Assembly (NCBI GenBank): GCA_047602405.1
Contig: JASGHJ010000002.1
Location: 3,392,001-3,456,000, forward strand
DNA: 64,000 bases
From: Anaeromyxobacteraceae bacterium
Lineage (GTDB): Bacteria; Myxococcota; Myxococcia; Myxococcales; Anaeromyxobacteraceae
Direction: 5' to 3'
A program made the translations under genes and the position numbers. The notes below the pieces were generated by a model. That model searched no databases. It was not told where the DNA came from and saw only the letters and a program-made list of their open reading frames with translations. This document shows, one piece after another, positions 9,815 to 18,110 of the stretch; positions within the stretch are counted from its first letter, which is position 1, and every line of letters begins with the position of its first letter.

Positions 9815-10219
9815 ATGAGCGTGTCGCGCGTGATCGGGAAGGAATTGGAACGAGCCCTCGCCCCGCACGGGTTTGCGCGGCGTGGCTTGACTTTCGTCCT
9901 ACACAGGGAGCCCAACTACTGGGTCGTGCGCGTGTTCAACGACAAGAGGCGAGGCGTGGGGCTTGTCGTGAGGGTTATTTCCGAGCTCGAGTCGCGCGCC
10001 AAGGGCTTACCTGTCGCGGATCCCTTCCGAGACGGTGTTTCAAACTGGGAGTCGGGGCCGGCCTTCTTGTCGGCGCCTGAGTTTGCCGAGTGGGAGATTG
10101 TGTCCAACGAAAGCGATGCGGCTCTGCTCGCCACTCGCTGGGCAAGATGGGTGACGGAAGTCGGCTTCAGATTCTTCTTGGAGGGCTCTCGCGAACTGAA
10201 TGAGCGTTATCGCGCTTAG
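9815..10219 (+). CDS. Putative immunity protein for Rhs toxin 1
   Basis: 134 aa, 6 bp downstream of the toxin stop, lower GC; assigned by position. Confidence 0.65.
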   Translation: MSVSRVIGKELERALAPHGFARRGLTFVLHREPNYWVVRVFNDKRRGVGLVVRVISELESRAKGLPVADPFRDGVSNWESGPAFLSAPEFAEWEIVSNESDAALLATRWARWVTEVGFRFFLEGSRELNERYRA

Positions 10220-10350
10220 GTCCACACTCCAGGACAACCGGCTCGTCGGCATCGCGCTGCCGAACGGCGTCTCGAATGCCTTCGAGTGCGACGCCAACGG
10301 GCTGAGGACGAAGAAGACCGACTCGACCGGAACGACGCGATTCCTGGTGC
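10220..10350 (+). pseudogene. Rhs/YD-repeat remnant
   Basis: QDNRLVGIALPNGVSNAFECDANGLRTKKTDSTGTTRFLV looks like the Rhs segment that normally precedes GTTRYLLDG. It ends in a degenerate site (10329-10344). Confidence 0.7.
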
Positions 10351-10396
10351 AGAACCGCGCTATTGAGTCCTGTGCGCCAGATGAAAGGCGCTAGGT

Positions 10397-10422
10397 CGAC
10401 CGGTACCGCGTCGTACCGGTCG
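10397..10422 (-). repeat. Palindromic site C with the same 6-bp spacer and different outer arms
   Basis: CGACCGGTAC-CGCGTC-GTACCGGTCG on the + strand; perfect 10-bp arms; the 16-bp core is identical to sites A and D. Confidence 0.8.
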
Positions 10423-10669
10423 TGGTCACTAAGTCTGAGCCTGCCCCTTCTTACGCTTGGTGAGGTACCTGTCGAGGAACAGGCCCGCCGTGCCAAGCCA
10501 TGAGGCCCCTGGCCAACACCCAAAGCCGGCGATGCTGGCGTTGGAGGTGGCCTGGATAGGCTCCGGCCGCTGCGGTCAGGAATGCCAAGAGCGCGAGAAT
10601 CGTTAGCCAGCCAGAATGAGTTGTGGGCAGCGTCTTGCCGGCGTTTATCGGGTGTCAGCCCGGCCCGAC

Positions 10670-11359
10670 TCACGCTCGCACAACCCACCGGACATTGCTG
10701 ACCCGCAGAGACTCGACTGCCGTCTTGAATTCCTGTGACGCACCGATCCGGAACGTGTATCCCTCATAGAACAGGTCTCCGGCGGGGACGATGGTCGTCG
10801 TTGGGCCATCGGGTACATTAGGATATCCGCATTCTGCGCACTCTTTCGCTGCCCTTTCGATGGCCAGCAGGGGTTCATAGTCGGGGATGAGTTCAACGTA
10901 GTCGGCTGCCCCACCACCCACCATGGTAGTGGGGCACATCGCGAATCCGGATAGCCCATTTACCTGTTCTGCCACCCGTCGTGACACCACCAGTGTTGCG
11001 GGAATCGTCCAGATGAAGTCCGCAAGCGTCCGGGGCGCGTCCACGATGGTCGCCGGCACCCAGGCATCGCCGGGGCGAAGATCAGGCTGAGTAAGATTCG
11101 CCTTAGCAGTCGCTGTAGCGACCCGTGCAGAGAGAGCCCGGAACACCTCCGGTTGCACGGGACTCGGGTCGTTCAACTCGGGCCATTCTAATAGCTCGGT
11201 CGGCAGAGGCACCGGGATCACACGCCTTCCGGCCCAGGTGCGTCCGCAAACCGGACATTCGACTCCCGGCATCCCTATCGCATGCTCGGCCTTGCCAGCG
11301 CGGCCACCTACGCCTGCCGACCCGGGCTCAATTAGATACGAGTGCCCTGATGGGAGCAT
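10670..11359 (-). CDS. Double-CXXCG motif immunity protein (SitI6-like)
   Basis: HAIGMPGVECPVCGRTWAG, LRPG and ECAECGY. It lies directly downstream of a DUF2380-like toxin and has a GAGG RBS. Confidence 0.75.
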   Translation of the reverse strand: MLPSGHSYLIEPGSAGVGGRAGKAEHAIGMPGVECPVCGRTWAGRRVIPVPLPTELLEWPELNDPSPVQPEVFRALSARVATATAKANLTQPDLRPGDAWVPATIVDAPRTLADFIWTIPATLVVSRRVAEQVNGLSGFAMCPTTMVGGGAADYVELIPDYEPLLAIERAAKECAECGYPNVPDGPTTTIVPAGDLFYEGYTFRIGASQEFKTAVESLRVSNVRWVVRA

Positions 11360-11436
11360 CGTGTGCCCTCACTCTCTACCCCTACAGCGAGTTCGGTTGC
11401 TTACCCACCTAAGTCCCGCGGCGCACCGCCGCTCGC

Positions 11437-12380
11437 TTACCGCAAGGTAACTACGTCGAGCGCTTTCCACAGCTCGAGGCCGAACTCTCGCATCATCTTC
11501 GTGAGCTGCACCAACACCTCCACCCGCGTAGCGTTCGGTCGGGCCCGGAAGAACTCGCGCCACACCACGTTCCAGCTGTCGGGTCCGTTGTGTATGCCGA
11601 CGCCCTTCTTGTTGTGCAGGCTGGTCGGAAGTCGGATCTTGTACTTTTCGATATCAATGCCAAGCCGCTGGAAGTCTCTCCTGAATTCGCGCGGGAGCAG
11701 ATGATGCTCTTGCGGCTTCCCCATCCATTCTCCGCACCTCGCGCACATCAGGACCATTTCGATGCCGCCGAACAGATAAGCAATGCCAAGCTCGGCGAAG
11801 TCCTCGTCGATGCCGCTGTCGAACGTCGAGGAGACAGCCAGGTACCTAATGCCCACAGTCATGAATGAGATGCCGGCCAGACACGTAACAGCGCGTCCCA
11901 GCGCGATGGCGTACACTGAATACCGTCCGGTCGGATCGCTGAGGAGCGTCGGCCGTCCAGTGACGTAGCCATACAGACCAGGGCCGTCCACGTCGCCGAG
12001 CCGATCCACCTGCGACCATCGGCCGAAGGCCGCCTGCATGTAGCGGTCTCGGTAGTACGTCAGCCCCGAGTCCGCCTCGTGCTCCCGCCCCGTGAATCCG
12101 AACGGCTGCCCGACGGCCGTCCCCCCGAGCGCGACGGACTCCCCGAACACGTCGTAGCCGCCGCGCGCGCGGACCTCACCGGCCTGGGTGGTGAGCGCGT
12201 AGACGGAGCCGAGGGCATCGGCCTCGTACCAGAACTTCCCGCTCGCGTTGACGACGTTCAGAACCTCGTCGATCCGGGCGAGACTCTGCGTGTACCAAGC
12301 CTGCCGCGTGCCCGCCGTGTCGTACTGAGCGACCACCGAGAGCCCGTCGAGCAGGTACCGCGTCGTACCTGCTGATGGCC
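11437..12380 (-). CDS. Orphan Rhs core plus DUF2380/TIGR02269 (SitA6-like) toxin domain (headless)
   Basis: The core is near-identical to cassette 1 up to EHEADSGL, then DPTG. The C-terminus reads HHLLPREFRRDFQRLGIDIEKY..H..IH..WNVVWREFF..MMREFGL. The ORF track extends it to GTG 12462. Confidence 0.8.
12350..12373 (-). repeat. 24-bp palindromic site D at the 5' breakpoint of Rhs cassette 2
   Basis: Its reverse complement equals site A exactly. Confidence 0.85.
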
Positions 12381-12530
12381 CGGGTGAGCCCGCAACTGGC
12401 AGAGTCGGCCAGTTCGACTCGAACCCAGACCTTCCCCAGGAGCTCTCCGCAAGGACCCCCACGGCAAGATTCTAGCCCCTGTTCGTGCGGCCTTTGCCCT
12501 TGAGTCCGTCGAGCAGCAGATGCACTCGCG

Positions 12531-12562
12531 AAAAATGGAAGGGGCCCGCCGAGGCGGGCCCC
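12531..12562 (-). terminator. Intrinsic terminator after the uracil permease
   Basis: GGGGCCCGCC/GGCGGGCCCC stem followed on the minus strand by TTCCATTTTT. Confidence 0.7.
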
Positions 12563-12589
12563 CCAAGGGTGCTGCGCGGTTCCGTCCGT

Positions 12590-13885
12590 CTACCCGGCGG
12601 CCTTCTCCGCCGCGCCGTCCGCCTTCGCGTTGAGCGACTTCGGCAGCACGAGGTTGAGGAGGACGCCGACGTAGGTCGCGAGCGACATCTCGCCGACCTC
12701 GAGCTGGCCGATGTGCAGCTTCGCGCCGCCGATGCCGATCACGAGGATGACGGAGGCGATGATGAGGTTGCGCTTCTCGGAGAAGTCGATGCCCGCCTCG
12801 ACGAGCATGCGGATGCCGGCGGAGGCGATGATCCCGAAGAGCAGGATGCAGATGCCGCCCATGACCTGCACCGGGATGGAGCGGATCAGCGCGCCCACCG
12901 GCGGGAGGAACGACATCACGATGGCGATGACCGCGGCGAGGCCGATGACCCACACGGAGAAGACGCGGGTGATCGCCATGACGCCGATGTTCTCGCCGTA
13001 GGTCGTGGACGGCGGGCCGCCGAGCATGCCGGCCACCGCGGTCGCGACGCCGTCGCCGGCGAGCGAGCGGTGCAGGCCCGGGTCCTTCACGAAGTCGCGC
13101 CCGACCACCTTGTTCGTCACGATGAGGTGGCCGATGTGCTCGGTGATGACGACGAGCGACACCGGGGCGAGCAGCAGGATCGCGCCGAGGTCGAACTTCG
13201 GGAAGACGAACGGCGGCACCGCGAACGCCGAGGCGTTCTTCACGCCGGAGAGGTCCACCTGGCCGGCGAGGGCGGCGACGACGTAGCCGCCGATGATGCC
13301 GATGAGCACCGGGATGACGCCGAGGAAGCCCTTGAAGAAGACCGCGGCGAGCACCGCGATGGCGAGGGAGGCGAGCGCCACCATGAAGTACGACTGGTGG
13401 TACTCCTGCGTCGCGCCCTTCGTCGCCATGCCGACGGCCACGCCGGCGAGGCCGAGGCCGATGACCATGACGACCGAGCCGATCACCACCGGCGGGAGCA
13501 GCACGTCGATCCACTTCGTGCCGAACTGCGCGATGAGGAGCGCCACGACGATGTAGATGATGCCCACCGTCACGCAGCCGCCCATCGCGACCGCGATGCG
13601 GTCGGGCCCGGCGATGTTGCCGGGGGCCACGCCGAGCAGCGCCGTGAGGCCGCTGATGAACGCGAAGGAGGAGCCGAGGTAGGCCGGGATCTTGCCCTTC
13701 GTGATGAGGATGTAGATGAGCGTGCCGACGCCCGACGAGAAGAGCGTCACGCTCGTGTCGAGGCCGACCAGGAAGGGCACGAGCACCGTCGCGCCGAACA
13801 TGGCGAAGAGGTGCTGCAGGGACAGCGGGAGCGCCTGCAGGAACGGCGGGCGCTCGTGGACGTCGATGGTGCGCGTGGAAGCCAT
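12590..13885 (-). CDS. uraA: Uracil/xanthine permease (NCS2 family)
   Basis: LSLQHLFAMFGATVLVP, YLGSSFAFI, EHIGH and TTYGENIGVMAITRV. Confidence 0.92.
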   Translation of the reverse strand: MASTRTIDVHERPPFLQALPLSLQHLFAMFGATVLVPFLVGLDTSVTLFSSGVGTLIYILITKGKIPAYLGSSFAFISGLTALLGVAPGNIAGPDRIAVAMGGCVTVGIIYIVVALLIAQFGTKWIDVLLPPVVIGSVVMVIGLGLAGVAVGMATKGATQEYHQSYFMVALASLAIAVLAAVFFKGFLGVIPVLIGIIGGYVVAALAGQVDLSGVKNASAFAVPPFVFPKFDLGAILLLAPVSLVVITEHIGHLIVTNKVVGRDFVKDPGLHRSLAGDGVATAVAGMLGGPPSTTYGENIGVMAITRVFSVWVIGLAAVIAIVMSFLPPVGALIRSIPVQVMGGICILLFGIIASAGIRMLVEAGIDFSEKRNLIIASVILVIGIGGAKLHIGQLEVGEMSLATYVGVLLNLVLPKSLNAKADGAAEKAAG

Positions 13886-13993
13886 GCTTGCTCCGGGTGG
13901 GCGTGGAGGACGGAAGAGAGATGTGAAACCGGCGCCGCCGCTGCGGGGTTCCCCGCCACGACGGCGCCGATCAGGCGACGCTCGGGCGCGGGG

Positions 13994-14812
13994 CTAGTGG
14001 AGGTTCCACTGCACCATGACCTGCGGCGCGGAGATCGTCTCGCCGCCCAGGTCCGCGTCCGCCGCGTTGTAGTGCAGGTACCACTCGACGCCGAGCCAGA
14101 GCGAGCCGCGCGGCGCGCCGGCGAGGCCGCCGACGTCGAAGAGCAGCTCGGGCTGCGCCATCACGTCGAGCTTCTTGTCCTTGCCGCCGAAGTCCTTGAG
14201 GGGGGTGATGTCGACGAAGCCCGTGAAGAGGGCGGAGACCGGGCCGATCGCGAAGGGGATGCCCCACGACGGCGAGAGCTGCCAGGTCTTGTTGCCCACG
14301 TGGCCGAAGCTCGGCGCGAACTGCACCGAGTCCTGACGGTAGAAGAGGTTCACCGACAGGAAGGAGTACTGGATGGGCAGGTCGATGTCGCAGCCGATGC
14401 CGGCGAGGTACGCCCAGAAGTTCTTGCCCTGGTTGACCTCGAACGCCGGGCCCCAGTTCTTGAAGATGCCGAGCGTGTTGCCCTCGTGCCCGACCATCTT
14501 GTTGACGAAGAAGCGGGGGTGCCACTCGGTGTAGACGGTCGACTGGCTGTTCGTCTCGAGCTTCGTGCCGGGCACGAGGTAGTCCGCGCGCGACATGTCG
14601 ACGAACGCGAAGTTGTCGCCGTACTTCCACACCGAGAAGTGGTTCACGGTCAGCGTGAGCTGCTGCCCGTCCTTGGCGTTGTAGTCGAGGATCTTCTCCT
14701 TGAAGCCGGACAGGCCGTAGAGCGCCTGGACGTTCGTGGTGGCGAACTGGGCGGAAGCGACGGCCGGCGCGAGCGCGGCGACGAGCGCGAGCAGCGTGGT
14801 GCGAGCGGACAA
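13994..14812 (-). CDS. Tsx-like/DUF5020 nucleoside-type outer-membrane channel
   Basis: TTG start after GGAGG; signal peptide ..ASAQ; TTNVQALYG, WKYGDNFAFVD, QPELLFDVG and GVEW; aromatic amphipathic C-terminal strand. Confidence 0.75.
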   Translation of the reverse strand: MSARTTLLALVAALAPAVASAQFATTNVQALYGLSGFKEKILDYNAKDGQQLTLTVNHFSVWKYGDNFAFVDMSRADYLVPGTKLETNSQSTVYTEWHPRFFVNKMVGHEGNTLGIFKNWGPAFEVNQGKNFWAYLAGIGCDIDLPIQYSFLSVNLFYRQDSVQFAPSFGHVGNKTWQLSPSWGIPFAIGPVSALFTGFVDITPLKDFGGKDKKLDVMAQPELLFDVGGLAGAPRGSLWLGVEWYLHYNAADADLGGETISAPQVMVQWNLH

Positions 14813-14964
14813 GGGAGATCCCTCCGGGTTGGTGGCGAATGTGGGACGGCGGTAGCGGTGAGTACCGTCCGGGTCTGACAGGAGCGGGGCATGGATCCAT
14901 GCCCACACCGGCCGCGCCTGCGGTCGATCGTCGCAGCCACCAGGAAGTACGAGGACTTGGGGTG

Positions 14965-16974
14965 CTACCGCGGGACCGCGGCGACGCCGCCGGCCACGAC
15001 CGAGTACCCCGCCGAGCGCAGGTCCCGGGGGCCGGAGAGGCCCAGCCGCAGCGACGGCAGCGACGGATCCAGCCGCCCGAGGTCGATCGCCGGCAGGGGC
15101 GCCGACCCCATCGCCGACCCGAGGAGGTCCGCGAGCTTGGCGCGCAGGATCCCGGCCATGAGCCCCTCGGTGAGCGACCGGCTCGCCGGCAGATCGCCCC
15201 AGTCCACCGAGGCGAGCTCGACCGTGACCTCCGGCGCCTCCGCGAACGCCGGACGGAACGTGCCGGTCGCGGGGTCGACGCCGAGCCCGTCGAGCCCGAT
15301 CACGATCGAGAGCCAGCCGGTGACGTGGGCCGAGCCGCGAGGCCCCTCGAGCGCCACGTCGAAGGCGAGCTCGCCCCAGCCGAGCTCGAGGCCGGCGCTC
15401 CCGTCCCGCCGCGGCATCACGACCGGGGGGAGCGCCGGGGCGACGCTCACGACCGCCCGCACGCCCGGGGAGCCGGGCACGCCGCCCTCGAGCGCGAGCC
15501 GGGATACGTCGAGCGCGCCGGCGGCCCACGCCGCGTGGAGGAGCTGGTTGAGCGCGTCGTCGGCGAGGCCGAGGGCGAGCGCGTCGCCCGCGAGCGCCGC
15601 CTCCGCGGGCAGGCCCCCGCCGAGCCGCATCGCGCCCCGCGCGCCCGCGTGGAGCGCGCCGCCGGCGCCGTCGGGCGGCCGGATCCGCACCCGCAGCCCG
15701 ACGAGCGCCCGCTCCGGCGTGAAGTCGGCGAGGTCGAGCCCGGCCTCGAGCGCGAGCGCGCCACCGCCGAGCGCCGGGGGCAGCTTGATGGCGCCGCCCA
15801 CCGCGGCCACCGCGGGGAGGAGCCGCCGGAGCCGCGCGTCGACCGCGACGCGCACGCCGTCGCGGAGCGCCGCCTGGATCGGCCCGCGCACCACCGACTC
15901 GATGCCGTCGCCGATGAGGCTCCCGAGGCCGGTCCAGTCGACGAGCCGGCCGAGGGCGATGTCGATGTCGAGGCCGTCGAGCGAGGCCGAGGTGGAGGTC
16001 ACCTCGAGCGTCGGCAGGCCCGCCGCGCCCGCCGCGACGGCGGCGTGCGCCTCGAGCGTGAGCGCGCGGACGGTCACGTCCCCGTGGACCGAGTCCTGCG
16101 CGTCGCCGAGGCAACCCGAGTCGACGTTGCCGGTCACGCCGAACGGGACCCGGAGCGCGTGGACCGTGATCCGCGCGACGACGCCGCCCTGCTCGAGCGC
16201 GAGCCCGTCGACGGTGATGGGGCCGCGGGTGAGCGGCCCGTCCTTCCAGGCGACGTAGCCGGTCCGCTTGTTCGTGACCGTGTAGAGCGCGCAGGAGTAG
16301 CGCTTGGTGTCGAGCTGGCCGTCGCCGTTCGCATCGGGCGAGGCGATGCGCTGGGCGCCGACCTCCGCGTCGAGGTCCTGCGCGTCGAGCACCGTCTGCA
16401 CGACGGTCGCGACGTCGTCGGGCGTGGCGCGATCGCCGTCGTCGAGGAAGCGCGGCCCGAGGCGGACGAGGAGGCCGCTCCCGGCGGACGCGCCGGCGCC
16501 GTCGGCGTCGAAGAACCCGGGTGCGACGAGCACCGCCTGCGCGAGGGTGCCGCGCTCGCCGGCGTCGTTCACGACCTCGCCGCGGAGCACCTGCAGGCCG
16601 ACGCCGGGCGTCACCTCGGCCGCGAAGGTCCGGCAGGACCCCGAGCCCGTGAGCGCCAGCGCCGAGCCTGCGAGCGTCGCGGACGTGATCGCGTGGACGT
16701 CGTCGCAGGCCCGGCCCGCGAGCGCCAGGGGCCCGGCCCCGTCGAGCATGGCGCCGCGCGCGGGTGCGTCGAGCGCGAGCGTCGGGCCGAGGTAGCCCGG
16801 GGGGTCCGCGGCGGGCGGCAGTGAGGGCGGTGGTCCGGAAGCGCCCTGGCGGCCGCCGTCGTGGCAGGCCGCGAGGGCGAGCGCGAGCACGAGGGCACCC
16901 TCTACCGTACGCCCCGAGCGTAGGGCCGCGAAGCGGCCCGGAGACGAGGGGCCCGAAGACGAGGGTCGCCTCAC
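14965..16974 (-). CDS. Large lipoprotein with an Ig-like N-terminal part and a possible LBP/BPI-like C-terminal region
   Basis: The GTG overlaps the upstream TGA and has a GGAGG RBS; lipobox LAAC; ALGLADDALNQLLHAAWAAG recalls the BPI/LBP C-domain helix. Confidence 0.55.
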   Translation of the reverse strand: MRRPSSSGPSSPGRFAALRSGRTVEGALVLALALAACHDGGRQGASGPPPSLPPAADPPGYLGPTLALDAPARGAMLDGAGPLALAGRACDDVHAITSATLAGSALALTGSGSCRTFAAEVTPGVGLQVLRGEVVNDAGERGTLAQAVLVAPGFFDADGAGASAGSGLLVRLGPRFLDDGDRATPDDVATVVQTVLDAQDLDAEVGAQRIASPDANGDGQLDTKRYSCALYTVTNKRTGYVAWKDGPLTRGPITVDGLALEQGGVVARITVHALRVPFGVTGNVDSGCLGDAQDSVHGDVTVRALTLEAHAAVAAGAAGLPTLEVTSTSASLDGLDIDIALGRLVDWTGLGSLIGDGIESVVRGPIQAALRDGVRVAVDARLRRLLPAVAAVGGAIKLPPALGGGALALEAGLDLADFTPERALVGLRVRIRPPDGAGGALHAGARGAMRLGGGLPAEAALAGDALALGLADDALNQLLHAAWAAGALDVSRLALEGGVPGSPGVRAVVSVAPALPPVVMPRRDGSAGLELGWGELAFDVALEGPRGSAHVTGWLSIVIGLDGLGVDPATGTFRPAFAEAPEVTVELASVDWGDLPASRSLTEGLMAGILRAKLADLLGSAMGSAPLPAIDLGRLDPSLPSLRLGLSGPRDLRSAGYSVVAGGVAAVPR
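16903..16952 (-). repeat. REP-like element, copy 2, inside the predicted signal-peptide coding region
   Basis: Minus strand reads CCCCTCGTCTCCGGGCCGCTTCGCGGCCCTACGCTCGGGGCGTACGG, with internal hairpin GGGCCGC-TTC-GCGGCCC. Confidence 0.55.
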
Positions 16975-18056
16975 GGCACCTCCGAGGCCCAGCCCGCATC
17001 CCCGCGCGCCTGCGCCGAGAGCCAGTCGAGGAGCGGGACACCCTGGGTGAACCTGGCCGGGGCGCCGAGCATGGTGTGTCCGTCGCCCGGCACGAGGAAC
17101 GCCGCCGCGCCCGGCACCGGGCCGAGGTCGTCGGCGACGGCCGCGCGGAGCGCCGCCTCGAACTCGGCGGGCGCGAGCTGGAAGTAGCCGGAGACGACCT
17201 GGTCCCGCACCGAGGAGAGCAGCGCGAACCGGTCGCCTGGCCAGCGCGCGGCGAGCTTTCCGACGAGCGGCCCGAAGCCGGCGTCGCAGGCGCTCCCGCA
17301 GAGCGGGGCGAGGAACGCGTCGACGCCCCAGCTCGCCCGCCACGCGGAGAGCACCGCCGGCGGCACCGCGCCGTCGGGCAGCGGCGGGCCGGAGTCGTCC
17401 ACGAGGAGCCCGAGGGCGTGCGGCCAGGTGGAACGGAGGAGGTCGTAGTCGAGGAGCGCGCCGAAGCCGCCCGCGGAGGAGCCGGCGACGACGAGCCGGC
17501 GCGGCGAGGGGAAGGTCGCGGCGAGGCGCGGCAGCGCGGCCTCGAGGTTGAGCCGGCCGACGTGGTGGTACGCGCGCGCGCCCTCCGCGCCGGTGTACGT
17601 CGCGACGTGGACGCCGGCGTGCACGTCCCCGGTGCAGTACGGCACGAAGACGAGCGACGCGTCGGCGTAGGGGTTGCCGGCGACGGCGCGGTCGAGGATC
17701 GAGCCGGGGAGCCGGGAGGTCCCGAGCGCCTGGAACTCGGCCTCGCCGAACGGCCCGGTCGCGGCGAGGTCCAGCACGTAGCAGGAGAGCCAGTCCCAGC
17801 AGGCGCCGCCGCCGTTCAGGAAGACGACGAGGTCGGGGCCCGCGCCCGGGCTGACCGCGACGCCGGTGGGCGTGCCGTCCTCGCAGCGCGCGCCGTCGAC
17901 GGGCACCCAGCTCCACGCGCCGGCCGTGAGCCCCGGGATGGGCTGCGCGCCCGCGAGGGTACCGCCGGCATGGGGCGGGCCGTCCCCGCAGGCGGCGAGG
18001 ACGGCCGCGAGGGCGAGGGCCGCGGATCGGCCGGGGCTCGGCACACCGAGCAGCAC
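16971..18056 (-). CDS. Pectinacetylesterase/Notum-family hydrolase lipoprotein
   Basis: Lipobox LAAC; CEDGTP, FLNGGGACWD, VPYCTGDVHAG and GSSAGGFG. Confidence 0.85.
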   Translation of the reverse strand: MLLGVPSPGRSAALALAAVLAACGDGPPHAGGTLAGAQPIPGLTAGAWSWVPVDGARCEDGTPTGVAVSPGAGPDLVVFLNGGGACWDWLSCYVLDLAATGPFGEAEFQALGTSRLPGSILDRAVAGNPYADASLVFVPYCTGDVHAGVHVATYTGAEGARAYHHVGRLNLEAALPRLAATFPSPRRLVVAGSSAGGFGALLDYDLLRSTWPHALGLLVDDSGPPLPDGAVPPAVLSAWRASWGVDAFLAPLCGSACDAGFGPLVGKLAARWPGDRFALLSSVRDQVVSGYFQLAPAEFEAALRAAVADDLGPVPGAAAFLVPGDGHTMLGAPARFTQGVPLLDWLSAQARGDAGWASEVP

Positions 18057-18110
18057 GCCCCGTACATTAGGCCCGAGGCACCTGTGGCGCTGCGCAGGAC
18101 CCGCCGGGGA

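Noticed and set aside
10458..10478. GAGGTACCTGTCGAGG as a fifth copy of the palindromic site
   Set aside because: It lacks the GACGCG spacer and the left arm, and fits coding sequence of the eroded minus-strand fragment.
8887..12373. Inverted ~320-bp repeats as transposon ends or a DGR template/variable pair
   Set aside because: They encode Rhs core protein. There is no transposase, target-site duplication or reverse transcriptase, and the mismatches are mostly synonymous rather than adenine-specific.
14813..14964. Possible purine riboswitch or PyrR attenuator upstream of the porin and uracil permease
   Set aside because: I could not recognise a consensus aptamer, a PyrR loop or a terminator/antiterminator pair.
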